From positions 1,817,339 to 1,881,338 of the forward strand of contig MU061538.1 of assembly GCA_013265495.1 (NCBI GenBank): 64,000 nt of DNA, given 5' to 3'. Origin of the DNA: Vicugna vicugna. Lineage: Eukaryota. A model generated the notes under the pieces. It saw nothing but the letters and a program-made list of their open reading frames with translations. It was not told the DNA's origin and made no database searches. Positions within the stretch are counted from its first letter, which is position 1; each line of letters starts with the position of its first letter. Positions 23,601 through 36,190 of the stretch are shown in pieces. The position numbers and the translations under genes were made by a program.

Positions 23601-26313
23601 CAAAGTCAAAAATTAAAATACTTCTCTGCACTACTAGTTTTATGTAGGTTCCTAACAAACAGCAAGATAACTCAGCACTGACCCCTGCAGACTCTGATCC
23701 AGCACCTATTTATGCGGACTTCTGCACACAAGCCCAGGGCCAGGTCGGATCCACGGGACGTGGGATGACCAGGGCCCTGCAGACACGAGGCAGGCCCCTG
23801 CACAGCACGAGTAGGCAGTACGAAGCTGTCTATCCTAGGAGCGATGGGGACCCGCAGAGGAGCTTCGGCTGGGGAAAGACAAGATCAACACGAACGTCGC
23901 TTTACTCAGTACATTTCCGTAATTCAAATCTTTTGTGTTCCCAGGACGCACACAGATTCAAACAGACCCCATGATGAAACTAAGTTAGGCTTCCAAACAA
24001 ATGCTTTATCAGTTTGTGTGTGTAGTCGTTTTACAAAGTAAAATTCAGTTTAACGAATATTGGCTGAACTCCCCCTACTGAAAAGTACCAAGAAACAGCC
24101 CACAGGGCATGCTGCCGTCAGTGAGAGATCGCGAAGGGGCTTCTCTAAGCCACAGCAGCACTGTCTTTAGGCGGCAAAGCTGGGCTGCGTACCTATGCTT
24201 GCCCATTCTCTGGTTTAAGGACAAGTACTATGCAGACCGCTCTGCATAGGAGAAGCTCACTAAATGGCCGCAAAACTACATCTACATTGACAGCAACTAA
24301 GTTTAGTATTAGTAGAAAAGGAAAAAAAATAATTTCACTCAAAAAAGATCCGGTGCAGGTAAAACCAGAGATGGGCCTCAAGTTAGTCTCCCTTCCCAAA
24401 AGTATTATATGATGGACTTTTTAAAAAGCTAACATTGCTACTGTAATTTAAAAAAAAACAATAGATTCCACATCTGACTGACGTAAGGGAGAGTGATAAG
24501 AGGTAAGGAGAGCACCACACTTGGAAGACCACAAGCTCACTGTGACTGCAGCTTAAGAACCAGCATTTGGGGCTTCAAGAAATACACACGTTAAATGGCA
24601 GTGTAGACGTCTCAAATGGCATCACATGCATGACTCATGTCTAGCCCAACTATTTCTCATCACCCATGCACACATCTCACCCTAAAAATAACAGCAAAGC
24701 AAAACATTACGCCTTGCAGAAACGTTTCCAAGAGCAGTTCAACAATACTCACTACCCTCAGAGTACCATATAACTTAAAAGTAAGTCCAATTTCTCACAA
24801 AGAAATTCTTTTTTATTATCCTCTTGTAACATCCTCAGTATCACAAGGCTTGCTTCTCCTAGTACCGGATACATTCGTATCTGTACAACTGAAAATTGTA
24901 AGTAGATGAAAGCTGCAAGTGCTTATTCTACTTTTATATTTACACACAACATTGCTTTATGTGCTTCTTAACTACAATTGCTTTTTTGCATCAAATTGTA
25001 CCCCTATATCGGAAATAAAGCATGGAAACAAGTCCAATAATGATTCTAACACAGATGCTCACAATCCTGAAGACAGCAAAAAGTGCTTAAAACGTCGACG
25101 CTCTTTACAGTAACTAGCAGTTAAACTACTTCACCCAAAGAAACGTTTCTAGTGAGTAAAACCATACCTGCTTACCCTTGGGTAATTCAGTTACATCTTA
25201 GCTATTTAGATAAGTGCTCCAGATAGGAAACTGTACTCAAATATCACCTAATTTAAAATGGTAACTTGGTAAGTAATTTTTAAAAATAAGCTAACATAAG
25301 GGTATGAAATCAGTAAGAACTAGTTTTAGAAACCATATAATTCATGAATAATTGCAAATGAAAGAAGTTTCTAAAAAAACACCCTGAACCGAAAGTCCAA
25401 CACTGATGTTATTTCTGAACAGTCACATGACTACACGCCTAAGCCCTTCATGAAGACCTTTCTGCTGAATGCCACACGTGCACATGGTGTCTACTGAGGC
25501 AGCAAAACTAGGGCAAACAGGTCATTTAGGGGCTTCCCAGAACCAAGATTGTTTAGCTTCAACAAAACTGTATCTGTTTTACATACAAACTACCTTAAAA
25601 TGTTATGGTCTGGTCCTTCTTTTCTTAAATTGTTTTTAGAGAGAACATGTTCTCACTGATTTAATATAACCATGAACTAACTAGAAACCAAACCAAAAAT
25701 TCAAATAAAATGAAACTTATTTTTTAAACAGATATAACTATTTAATGGACATTTTTCTTCTAGTTAAAACATGTTAGAAGAATGGATAAATGGATAAAAT
25801 TATGAAAACTTCAGGAAAGTGGGAGGAAGGTGTTTCCTTTTAAAGCTATATTAAAAAGAAAACCTTTCTTTTAAAATACAAAACTGATGGCTCATTAAGA
25901 CTTTTGAGGGTTAAAAAAAAGTAGACATCTCATTGTTCTTCCCTAAAATTTCAGACACACACCCACATACACAAACGCACATGTGCCCCCTACACACACA
26001 CAACAGTAAAGCAAGGCCCTTTCTCACTTAACGTAAGGCAATAATAAAATCAAAATTCATATTCTTAAAGATGAAAGGCATTCCACTGATAATCCTGATT
26101 CAACAATTTTACAGTTAAACAAAATTAATTCCATTCTCAAAAATCCATTGACCTTGAGCTTTTAACAAACATTTTCCACTGCAAAAATTATTGTCAATAT
26201 TTACAAATCCCTAAACTTATATTTTGCTGGAAGCACTTGTATTTGCTGTATTACTGTTTCCTAGTGAATGTGTGTTCATCCCTCTCCGTGCAGGAGGAGC
26301 AGCTGCTACTCAC

Positions 26314-26372
26314 TGGGAATCTCTGGGGTCCCACAGCAGGTCTCGGCTGGCTCGGGACTGGCAGCAAGGGCA
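26314..26372 (-). CDS. RBM33: RBM33 coding exon 9 (59 nt): (V)PLLPVPSQPRPAVGPQRFP
   Basis: tttttttctcgcag|TGCCCTTG...TTCCCA|gtgagt. Phases fit exons 8 and 10. Confidence 0.94.
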
Positions 26373-27200
26373 CTGCGAGAAAAAAACGTTTCATTACAAC
26401 ACGTTTACTTCGCAGCCAAACCCAGTGGAAAAGGCATGCAGTGCATCAAGCTTAATATAAAATACATCCTATGCATACAATACACATAACATATTCAGTT
26501 TACACTTAAGCTAAGTGCCGATTACTTTTACAGTTCCATAAAGGGTGAGGAGAGACAACTTCTATCTTCGTACACAACAGCACAAGCAGAAGCTTAAATT
26601 TCAACAGTGAATTTCTATTTAGAATTAAAATACTTTGCAACAAAGGAAGGTATTATTCCTCTACTATAAAAAACCTATTTTGTTTTTCACCTCCATACCC
26701 AGGTTATCCAGGCTATCTAATCCCAGTTATATATCTTCTGGCTCCAATCAAATACAAACTTAAATCTAAATCCCCTAAAATCATGAGAGAGAGAGGAGGG
26801 AGGAAGAAGGTAAAGCAGGCAGAGGAAGAAAAACACACCCCCCCCCCACGGTGCTGTGGCAAAGAATAACCTACTCAACCAGCTGCTACGCCAAGACTCT
26901 TAGTCTGTCTTCGTTCTGTGTTTAAGCCAGCAGAATTCCCATCAACTTACCAGAAGAACAAGGAATCAAATAATTTTAAAACAGACATTTCGTAATAGGG
27001 AAGAAGCCAGATGCTAGTGTCACACCCTGGGGCTAAATCAGGTATGTTTAAGCTATTTAAAATGTGTGCCTGACATTGATTTTGACTTCGGGGGTAAAAC
27101 AAAACCCACCACCTGAGTGGTGACTAGTAAACGCAGGCACGCCGTCGTCTCTCATTAAAATGACTGCCGAACACATCCAGCAACATCTCTGATCAGCGGG

Positions 27201-27360
27201 TGTTACGGGCTGAATTGTGGCCCCGCTCAAATTCACACGGTGAGGTCACCACCAGGACTTCAGGCTGTGACTGTATTTGGAGACAGGGCCTTCAAAGAAG
27301 TGATTAAGGTAAAATGAGTGGCCCTGACCCAACATGACTGGTGTCCTCATAAGAGGGGAT
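27201..27360 (+). mobile_element. MLT1A/B-like LTR, 5' part
   Basis: tgttacgggctgaattgtg...gtgactgtatttggagacagggccttcaaagaagtgattaagg. Confidence 0.8.
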
Positions 27361-28249
27361 CTCAAAACACAAACAAAGCAATCTCCATGTTGGACTCGGT
27401 GAGAACAATATAATAATAGCATATTTTTAATTTAAAAATGTTTCTAGTAAATGAGAAATACAGAAATTATACAGCTGAAAAGTCAATCAAAACTGCAAAA
27501 ACAGAATGCTAAGATGAGCTATTTTTTATTTCTTATGATTACTCAAAGAATTCCGTACCCTAAGCTTGTAATTAACGTCACACTTCCACAGGCCCAACTG
27601 AAAGTGGCAGTGTGTAGGCCTGTGTCACCGACTGATCAAAGCCAAAGTGAGGCTGAAAGAAACTTCCTTTGATAAAATATAAAAATGGCAGAAATCCATC
27701 CCTCTCTTGAGAGTCTAGGCTAATGAGTCCAAATTTCAAAATAAGAGTGGATCAACACGCAAGGCTTGATAGAAAATAGGATCCAACCCCCAACTCTACA
27801 CGGCTAGCTAACAGGCACCGGGGCTCATCGATCATATACCTGTAGCAAAACACCAGATTGTGGAGTGAAGAAAGAAAAAACTAGACCTGACCTCAAAACT
27901 AGAAAAAACTGTATCTCTGACCTCAAATGATTATAATGAAAAGACAGAAAAAAAAAAGTATATATTAAACAATATAAAGGAACATACAGGTTTTAAAAGT
28001 AAGTACCAAGTATAAAATACCCAGATCTTCAAGAATAGGTACCACTTATTTTTAAACTTGGGATTTAAATATCAATTCCCATCACATAATTCCAATATAA
28101 TGAAAGAGTAAGCATTTTAAGTCGTTTTAACTTCAGGGGGTGGCGGGGGCAGGTGGATGAGGACAAGAAATCCCATCATAATTAACAGGTTTCTTACACA
28201 GAAGCCTTCTGATGAGCTGGTAATTTTATTTTTTTTTAAATCAACCGTA

Positions 28250-28390
28250 GGGGAAGGGCATAGCTCAGGGGTACAGTGCATGCCTAGCATGCATGAGGTC
28301 CTGGATTCAATCTCCAGTGCCTCCAACAAAAAAATAAATAAATAAACCTAATTACCACTCCTTCAAACAAATTTCTTTAATTAAAAAAAA
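28250..28390 (+). mobile_element. Vic-1-type tRNA-derived SINE (camelid)
   Basis: ggggaagggcatagctcagg...gcatgcatgaggtcctggattcaatctccagtgcctcc, then aaataaataaacctaattacc and an A tail. Degenerate TSD aaat(c/a)aac(c/t)gtag. Confidence 0.85.
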
Positions 28391-29849
28391 ATAAACTGTA
28401 GAAAGCAATAAAAGAGAAAAAGAACAAAAACTGACAAAAGGGAGCATTTGAGAACAGTTGTGACAGGAGCAGACCAGAAATCTAGCCAAGCCCAGAGCGG
28501 GGGGCCTTGGTCAGACTGCCAAGGTGTTCACAAAGCATCCTTGCAGGAGTCCTGCAGGCCACCACCGGGGTTACAAGCAGGGCACCTCCACCTGCCTGCC
28601 TCCTTCCTTCATCACTATGAACATGAGGGAGTTTGAAAGCTGTAATGATAACAGACCATTCCAGTTGAACCTTGAACTCTGACTACTTGATATTTAACAT
28701 TTACATCCCATCTTGTCCCACGAATTACTAGACGAAATTGATTTTTCAATTCATTACAACAGTTGTAATACTGAAAATTTAGAAAACAAGTTAAATTTCC
28801 ATCAAAACTGGTCAGTTATAATATGATAGAACACTCTTCATCCTCGAAAATACATGCCATGAGGCAAAGATGTGCACTTTTTACTTTAGGCTCTGAGAAT
28901 CACCGGGTTAACCCTTCCCTTGTGCACAGGAGGCATCTACACACTGAGCCGCTCTCCGGGAGAACTGCGGCTTTCTGTTGAACGAAGCTCACTCATTTAC
29001 TACTCAATGAACAACTGCTTCAGAAGTGTCCTGTGCGTATACCCGGCAAAGTTCATCTTCTTTCGCGTCAGCGCTCTCCAGATCACACGTATATTAAAGA
29101 GAAGGAGGTGGGGCACTGAGGTGCCTGATTCATGAGAAAGCTGGTTCTAAGAGTTTACAAACTACTGCCAGAAAGCTGATCTGATCTTTACTGCATCATG
29201 CGTGAGCACTGGGGTGCAAGGCCCGCACTCCACACCCACCTGGCTAGTGACTTTGGCAGGGCACTGTTTTCATGCCCAGAAGACACCCTGGGGTTTCCTT
29301 GTAGCTTCCCACTGTGTAGTTGTAATACTGTTTATTTTCATTAAGCTAAAGAAAATCTGTGCATCTTATCAACTGCCAGTTTTCCATTCAATTTCAGAAG
29401 GAAATACACAATAACGGATGCTGACATCAGTTAAACTATTTCGGCAAATTAGATTTACTGCAGTTGCATATCTTGGGAAGCCACGGTGGAAGGGACTACT
29501 TGAATGAGTCATCCTTCCCCTTCACACAGCGTGCGCTGGTTTGTTCATCCCACAGCTGCTGAAAGAGACACAGGTCACCAGTGTGCTCGCTGCAGGGATT
29601 ACAAAGATATGTGTAGCAGCCATACTGCCTGCCCTTGGGAGCTCCGAGCCCTGGGAGAGGGTGAGGCCACTGAGTGGTTCTAATACAGAGTGGGGACAAG
29701 CGGACAAGCGAAGGGGCCAGTCAAGGGGGGTCAGGAACCCACAGGCACCAACCCCACACTGACCCTCCTGGGTGTGTAAAACAAGAGTGATCTCCTGCAG
29801 CAACACAGACACCAGATGGCCGCCCTCACAGCGCTCTGCTCCAGGGTCA

Positions 29850-31900
29850 CAGCATTTCATGGTGACTCTTGGCCCCTGACCTTCTCCCATGCTCCTAGTC
29901 CTATCTCAAGTTCTGGAACTTCTGGACCATACCCTTTGGAATTCCAAGTTCACCATTAGCAGAACCCAAGAAGTCCTCAGCCCTTCCCCTTCTTGCTCTA
30001 ATGGAAACCTGAGCTCTCCCAGGGAAACAAAGCAGAGGCTGCTTTCCTCCCTCAGCCTTTTCACCAGCTCTGGAGATGGGGTGGGATCTTTCTTGGTCCT
30101 CAGTGCTGGCGCAGACCTCAGATCCGGGTCTCACGTCATCAGGCAACATGTCCACAGACTGCTCACACCACTACTCCTGCATCTCAGAGCTCAGTCCCAA
30201 GCTCATCACCACTGTCTTCAACACCAGCCCCTCTCCAGTCCTGGCAGAGCCAATGATGCTCCCAGGGCCCAACCTCGCGGGTACCGACTGCCATCCTCTG
30301 CCCCAGCTCCTCCAAAGACCACATCCAAGACGTGATCATTATCCACAACCTTACACGACCTCTAAGCAACCTCCTTCTTACCACCACCTTCTAACTTTGC
30401 ACCTCACTCCCTCCAGGACCACCATCACACCAAATGTCTGACCCTGCGAAGACCTCCGGCCCTCATCGCTGGGTACTCTGTGGCCTTCACCGTGAGCAGG
30501 CAGCTTCTCTACTGCTCTGTCCACCCCTCAACTCCAGCAACTCCAGCTCTGTCCAGGCCACACATGACACAGGAAGGCGAATGTGGCTGGCGAGAAACGG
30601 ACCAACACACCGACTGGTCCGACTCTAAGATTATGACCCCAGAGCTCAGGTGGGCTTCCACGCTGCCCAGCACACCCAGTGTCACCTGCCATCTACTCAA
30701 CTCCCAACTTCTGTCTGGGGAGACACCTTCAAACCCTGTCAATACAACCATCTCCCATTCCCCACACCCACCTCAGTCAGGTGAGTGCCTCCACCACCTC
30801 AACAAAACCACTTTGTCACAGTCCCCAAGACACCCCCCCCCGCCAAGTACAGCGCTCTCCTGCAGTCCCTCCTACAACCACCCCCTTGGCTCTGCCTCCC
30901 TGCAGGCCCCCACCTCTCGTGCCGAGCGCCACAGGCTCCAGGTCATGGTCTCCCCAGACACACAAAATCCCCACCGGGGTCTCTCACTGGGTGCAGGCTC
31001 TAGCTCCATGGACGTTCCAACAAGCCCCCATCTTGTGCTCTGAGCCCAGACCCCTTGTCTGAACTCTAACTTCACGGCTGACCCTTCCACCTGCATGTCT
31101 AGTTGGTATCTCAAATTCAGCACATCCAGAACAGACCTTGTGGTCTTCCCCCTCAAAAATCTGCTACCCGCACGTGCTCTCGGGTGATGGCAACTCCATC
31201 CCTCAAATGCTCGGGCCCCAGTGGCATCATTTTGCCTCTTCTCTCTCTCACACTCATCCGATCCGTCACTAGATCCACTGGCTCCGTCTTGAACTACGTC
31301 CAGCACCTGACCACTCATCACTGCCACCACCTGACTTGAGCCACTGTCACCTGTCACCTGGATTATCGTCGTCAGCTCCTAGCTGTGAATGCCTGGTTTC
31401 CATCCCTGCTACCCCAGCAAGCCCACTCCCAAGCCAGCAGCAAGAATAACCCTTAGAACGCAGAAACCACATCATGTTATTCCTCTGCTCACGTCCCTCT
31501 AGTCACAACCCATTTCGGTCAGAACAAAAGCCAAAGCTCTTAGAACAGCTCACAGGTCTTACGTGACCCAGGTCCCGTCTTTCTTTCTGCCTCTGTCACT
31601 CTGCTAGTGCCACGTGGTCTCTTTTTGGCTACTTGACACACAAGCATAGCCTCACCTGAAGTAAGCGCCTCGGCCCGGAATACGCCCCGCGAGAGCAGTC
31701 ATGCCCCTGGCTGCCGGGCCTTCAGCTCTTCCCTGCGGGCGACGCCAGTCCTCCCCGCCCCACTGAGGGCTGCGGCCCACCTCACGCCCCGTTACCTTGC
31801 TCCGTCTCTGCCACTGCATTTTCACCCTCTACCGCGCCCCGTGACATCCTTACTCACTATGTTTGTTGCTCACTGTGTCTGCTGGAAGGCTGGACCACTG
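29850..31900 (+). mobile_element. Long degraded L2 LINE segment
   Basis: C-rich stretch with L2 hallmarks (tccacctgcatgtcta..tatctcaaattcagcacatcca; tcacctggattat; cagaacaaaagccaaagctctta). Accounts for the many spurious ORFs here. Confidence 0.7.
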
Positions 31901-32445
31901 CAGAGCGCTTTACCTGCTCTACTCGCCAGCGCATCTCAAATGCCAGAGGGCAGCACCTCTGCCAACGTGTGCCAACAGGTGCACGGAGACGCACTCCATG
32001 CCACCTGCTCCCAGCCGCCTTTCCGGCTTCAGGAACGGGAGTCTGCGGTCGCAACAGAGGCGGCCACTCACTCCGATTTCGTGACTAAAAGACGAACCTG
32101 CGTCCCTGGGGCTCAAGGGAAGCACGCCAAGTGGAGCCTGACGGGAACACCCACTTGGCAAACCTTCCCACCGGGGAACTCACAAAGAATAGCTGTCAGA
32201 CACAGCGCCCTCTAAATTCAGTGTGTTTTCTCAGCGCTCTCCACCAAACTACAGAATAAAAGACACACAATGTGAAGCAAACGGGCCTGGCCCATCAAGC
32301 TAGCAGGTGTCTGAGCGGACGGGGAGGGACTCAAGGAATCCCCGTCGTCCTCACAGACTCAAATGTGAGAACAATCTGGTGACAGTGACACTGCAGCGAT
32401 CAGGGCACAGTCCCCGGAGCTTCACGACAGTAAGGAGACACCTAC

Positions 32446-32734
32446 CTTGCACGGGCGTCACCACCGCCCCTTTGAAGTGGGGGTTTATGTGTATGTTCTT
32501 GGGCTGCTGGGGGGTCGCGGGAGGAGGAGTCATCATCACCCTCGGGGCCTCTATCTGGGGCGGCATGTGCATCCCCTGAGGAGGGGAGGGGTGGTGCGGG
32601 TGCTGCAGGGGAAGCAGAGGCTGCAGCTGCTGCTGCTGGAACAGACTTCTGATCGGCTGCTGCGGCGGAGGTGGCGGCGGCGGCGGCGGGGCAGGCTGAG
32701 GCTGTGGAGGAGGAATTAATCTTGGAGAGTGCGT
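32446..32734 (-). CDS. RBM33: RBM33 coding exon 8 (289 nt from the distal acceptor; 256 nt if the exon starts at 32701), Pro/Gln-rich, ending NIHINPHFKGAVVTPVQ
   Basis: ggtttttag|ACGCACTCT... and donor CAAG|gtaggt. Overlaps ORF 32351..32572. Confidence 0.93.
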
Positions 32735-35700
32735 CTAAAAACCACCAAAAAACATAAATTCACAGAAATCAACATTTAGAAGAAAAGAAAAAAAAATGCT
32801 GAGGCCTTACAGACTTACACTGATCAAACTGTGAAAGTTACAATTTGGGAGTAAGTCTGCAGTAACAAGCTGCACAGAACAGCAGGGTGAACAGGCTGCT
32901 CAGCCCGGTCACAGTGAGGGCTGCCATCTAACAGCGTGCGCCACTCTCAGCCCCAAAACACCACCCACGGATTCCAAACGGGAAAAAATGCTGTTCAACC
33001 ATTCAACTGCCCACAGCGACCAAACATTGCGCTGGGGACAGAGCACAAGCTGCCCGCACTCAGCCCGACCTGCCCCGACAGCCCTGCCCCTCCTCCAGAA
33101 AACCCAGGAAGAAGGATGGGGACATGCAGTAGCCTCGGAGAAGGACCAAGGGCTAAAAGGAGTTTAACCCCGCTGAGGGCAAGGCAGAAAGCTCATGAGA
33201 AGGTGGCGTCTGAACCAGGAAGGAAGGAGGGAAAGAGCTGGGCCAGAGTAACGGAAGAACTCGAAGAGGCAGGGGCAAAAAAGACACACCTGCCGGGTAC
33301 GCGCCAGCGGAGATGGGTGTGGCTACCGCCCTGTACAAAGACGGAGGCGAGCAAGGGTGGGAGAGCACGCACTCAAGGCGGCCGAGGGGCTTGTTTCGTG
33401 GAACAGTCACCACGGTGGAGGAAGCCAGCACCAGCACCGGCAGCTGCAGAGGACGGAGCCCGCCCCTGTTCTCAGCACCTACTGGAAGCCCGTGACATGG
33501 GTCCTTGTCACTACCCTCCTCTCACAGGCCCAGTAGCTGGTAAGCAGAACAGATAGCCTGACTCCCCAAGTCCTGCTTGTACCCACTCGTCAAACTGGCC
33601 ACACACAGCAGCAGAGGCAGCAGGCTGCTACCGACTGAGCCGTCCGGGATCAAGAGCTGTTCCCCTGGGCCCGATGAAGAGCAACAGGAAGGAGACGTTC
33701 CAAGGGAACGAGAATTCTGAAATCGAAGTACACATGACCTTGTCTTAGCTATCCTTCCTCAGGGAGGACTTTTCTGAAGGTTCTGGTACTACCTTAAATC
33801 CGGGAAATGCATGCCCAGAAGCAAGTATGTCCCCTCCTCTAGCTCACGACAGGCGTGATGTGCGCTGCGCACACAGAGGGGTCCTGTCCTTCTCGGCACT
33901 GAGTCCATGTGGGCAGCACGCTGACAGAGGTCAGCCGCATCAAGCCCGAGCTGAACTGAGAAAGCACACACGCAGGGCCACTCACGCGAGAGCAAGAAGA
34001 CGGGTTTTAAGCAAGGGGGATTCAGGGCCTGTGCGACAGCCACACGGAAAGGGTCGGGGCAGCTAGGAAATGAGGACACCGAGCTGGCAAGAGGTTCAGG
34101 CTGGAGACCCAGAGTCGTGTGGAGACGGCAGATGGCAGGAAGGACAACACTGCTGAGTGACAGCCCTGACTGAAAAGAGGACTGAGAACAGTGCAGCTAA
34201 GGAAACAGGAGAGTGAGAAGGGCCACTGCTGGAAGAGAAGACAGCGCGTGTCAAATCTCACTCAAAATTAGGCCGACAAAGGAGCTCATGGCGATGCCCG
34301 AGGCCCCAGCGTGCGGTCCAAAAGGATGGACTGCAAAGGTGAGGTGTTGGTTCTGAGAGCACATTTGGGACAGTGAAGCAAAGTCCAGGCAGCAAGGGGC
34401 TGACTGAGGACAAGACGGACACGAGCAAAGACACGAGCAAGAGTCTTCTTCCCAGAACTCTAGGGGTGAAGAGCCCAGAGACTACCTGTCTGGGGTGGGG
34501 GTGACCAGGATCAAAGGGGTCTGTGATTTAGGGTGGACACAAGTAAGGGCGAGGGTAAGGTCACTTCAGCCAGCCTTGATCACTTCAGTAAACTGCAACT
34601 TTGAAGCCCCACTGACAGCAAAGATGAGCGAGAGCTTCAGCCCAAAGCCCCAGTTCACAGCGAGCTCCAGGGCCCACAGGATTCCAAGGACACAGCACCA
34701 CCCCTGGGAGGGACTCAGGTCGCCTTACGCTTGGGCACCATTTTTAAAGCACTCGCAAATCGTTCCAGCTGAGCCCCCCTGAAGGAGGCAGGCTGGGCAC
34801 ACACTTCCCCTCTCTGTGGACAAGAAAACAGAGAGCTTGGTTACTTTTCCAGGATCATGGAGACACAGCTTTGCAAAAACTGGCCTCCTGTGTACAGGCT
34901 GACTCCCCCCAAGAGGCTAAAATGAAATAACGGAGGTGGCTGTTCAGCACACGGCAAGTGGAGGCTCAGGGTGAGGATAAAAGATGGGGAAGAAACCGAA
35001 AAAACTAAAGAGCCAGTCTTCTTGCTATCAGAGAAGCTTAAGAACAAAAACAGCTGTACAAGCAAACGGCAGTTATTAACATCATCAACTTCTTCATGCC
35101 ATAATCAACCCGCCTACCTCTTTTCCCTTTACATCAAAAGCAGCATTCTCACACTAAAACAGGAAGCCATCTTTTCTACTTTATTTCACAAATGAATGAC
35201 TCCTAAAATACAACATTTCTGCACTGAGGCAAAGTGTGGTTTTCCCCTAAATTCAGATGATAACGCAGGTGGGACATGTGGTAGACACCGCGGACACATA
35301 CTCATATTACATAAATGTGTCCCTGAAGGTTGACTTCTAAAGCAAAGAGCTATAAAGCCCTAGAGCTAACCAAAAGAACAAACCAAAACCCTGTCACCAC
35401 AACGCCTGTCCTTGCTTCTGATGCCTCATCTCTGAAATACAGAGGAAACTCAAATTAAGCTGAAATTAGAAATATATGACTTATTCCTAAATTATAAAAA
35501 ATTTTTATGGCTATGACAATCCCCATTTCTATGGATAGGATACGTTAGTCATTCTAAGAGACGCTGCTCCATTTAAGGAAAAACCTACGCACGGTAGGCA
35601 GTACAAAGGAAAAAATATTTTATGAAACACACACAGTTAACTGCTAGACTCTCTCTGTAACAGGTTCAGAGTTCTCAGGATGGTGCACTTTTCTACAAGC

Positions 35701-35981
35701 AGGAGATAAAAGCAAGGCTCCTCTGTGGCCCCTGTCACTTGAGGACATCGGGTCTCACCGCTTCTTTCCTCATCAGTTACTTTCCACTCCTTGAATACCA
35801 GAGGACTGAACCCGTAAGACCATGTATGGAATCATGTCATAGGCTGTAAAGAACCTTTAGCCATTATCCCATCACTGAACTTTCGTTTCAGACTACGATA
35901 CATGCAAGCTCTGGTGCCCACAAAAGCGTGATTCCATTTGCTCCAGAGCTGCAGGCCCCACAGGGGAACGGCAAGACTTAC

Positions 35982-36190
35982 CACGACCGGGGGCTGCGTG
36001 GGGAGCAGGGCGGGCCGGTGGTCCTTCACTCTCCCGCGGTCGCTGCCCTCTCTCCGCTGGTCTCCCACTCCGCGGCACACGGAGGCGCCCCCGCGCCGTC
36101 CTCCCCGCCGCGAGCCGTAGCGCCCCTGCTTGTGTTGACGCTCTCTTTCTTCAAACTCCAGCAGCGCAGCTTTGGCTTCTGCTGAAAGCT
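35982..36190 (-). CDS. RBM33: RBM33 coding exon 7 (209 nt): ELSAEAKAALLEFEERERQHKQGRY...RGGRRGG...HRPALLPTQPPVV
   Basis: tcttttcaaatag|AGCTTTCA... and donor GTG|gtaagt. Overlaps ORF 35832..36080. Confidence 0.96.

Noticed and set aside
29889..31357. Long ORFs of 120-187 aa
   Set aside because: They lie in a degraded C-rich L2 element and show no coherent protein domain or splice structure.
32936..33556. 206-aa plus-strand ORF
   Set aside because: It has a GTG start, sits in GC-rich intronic sequence, and shows no recognisable domain or splice context.
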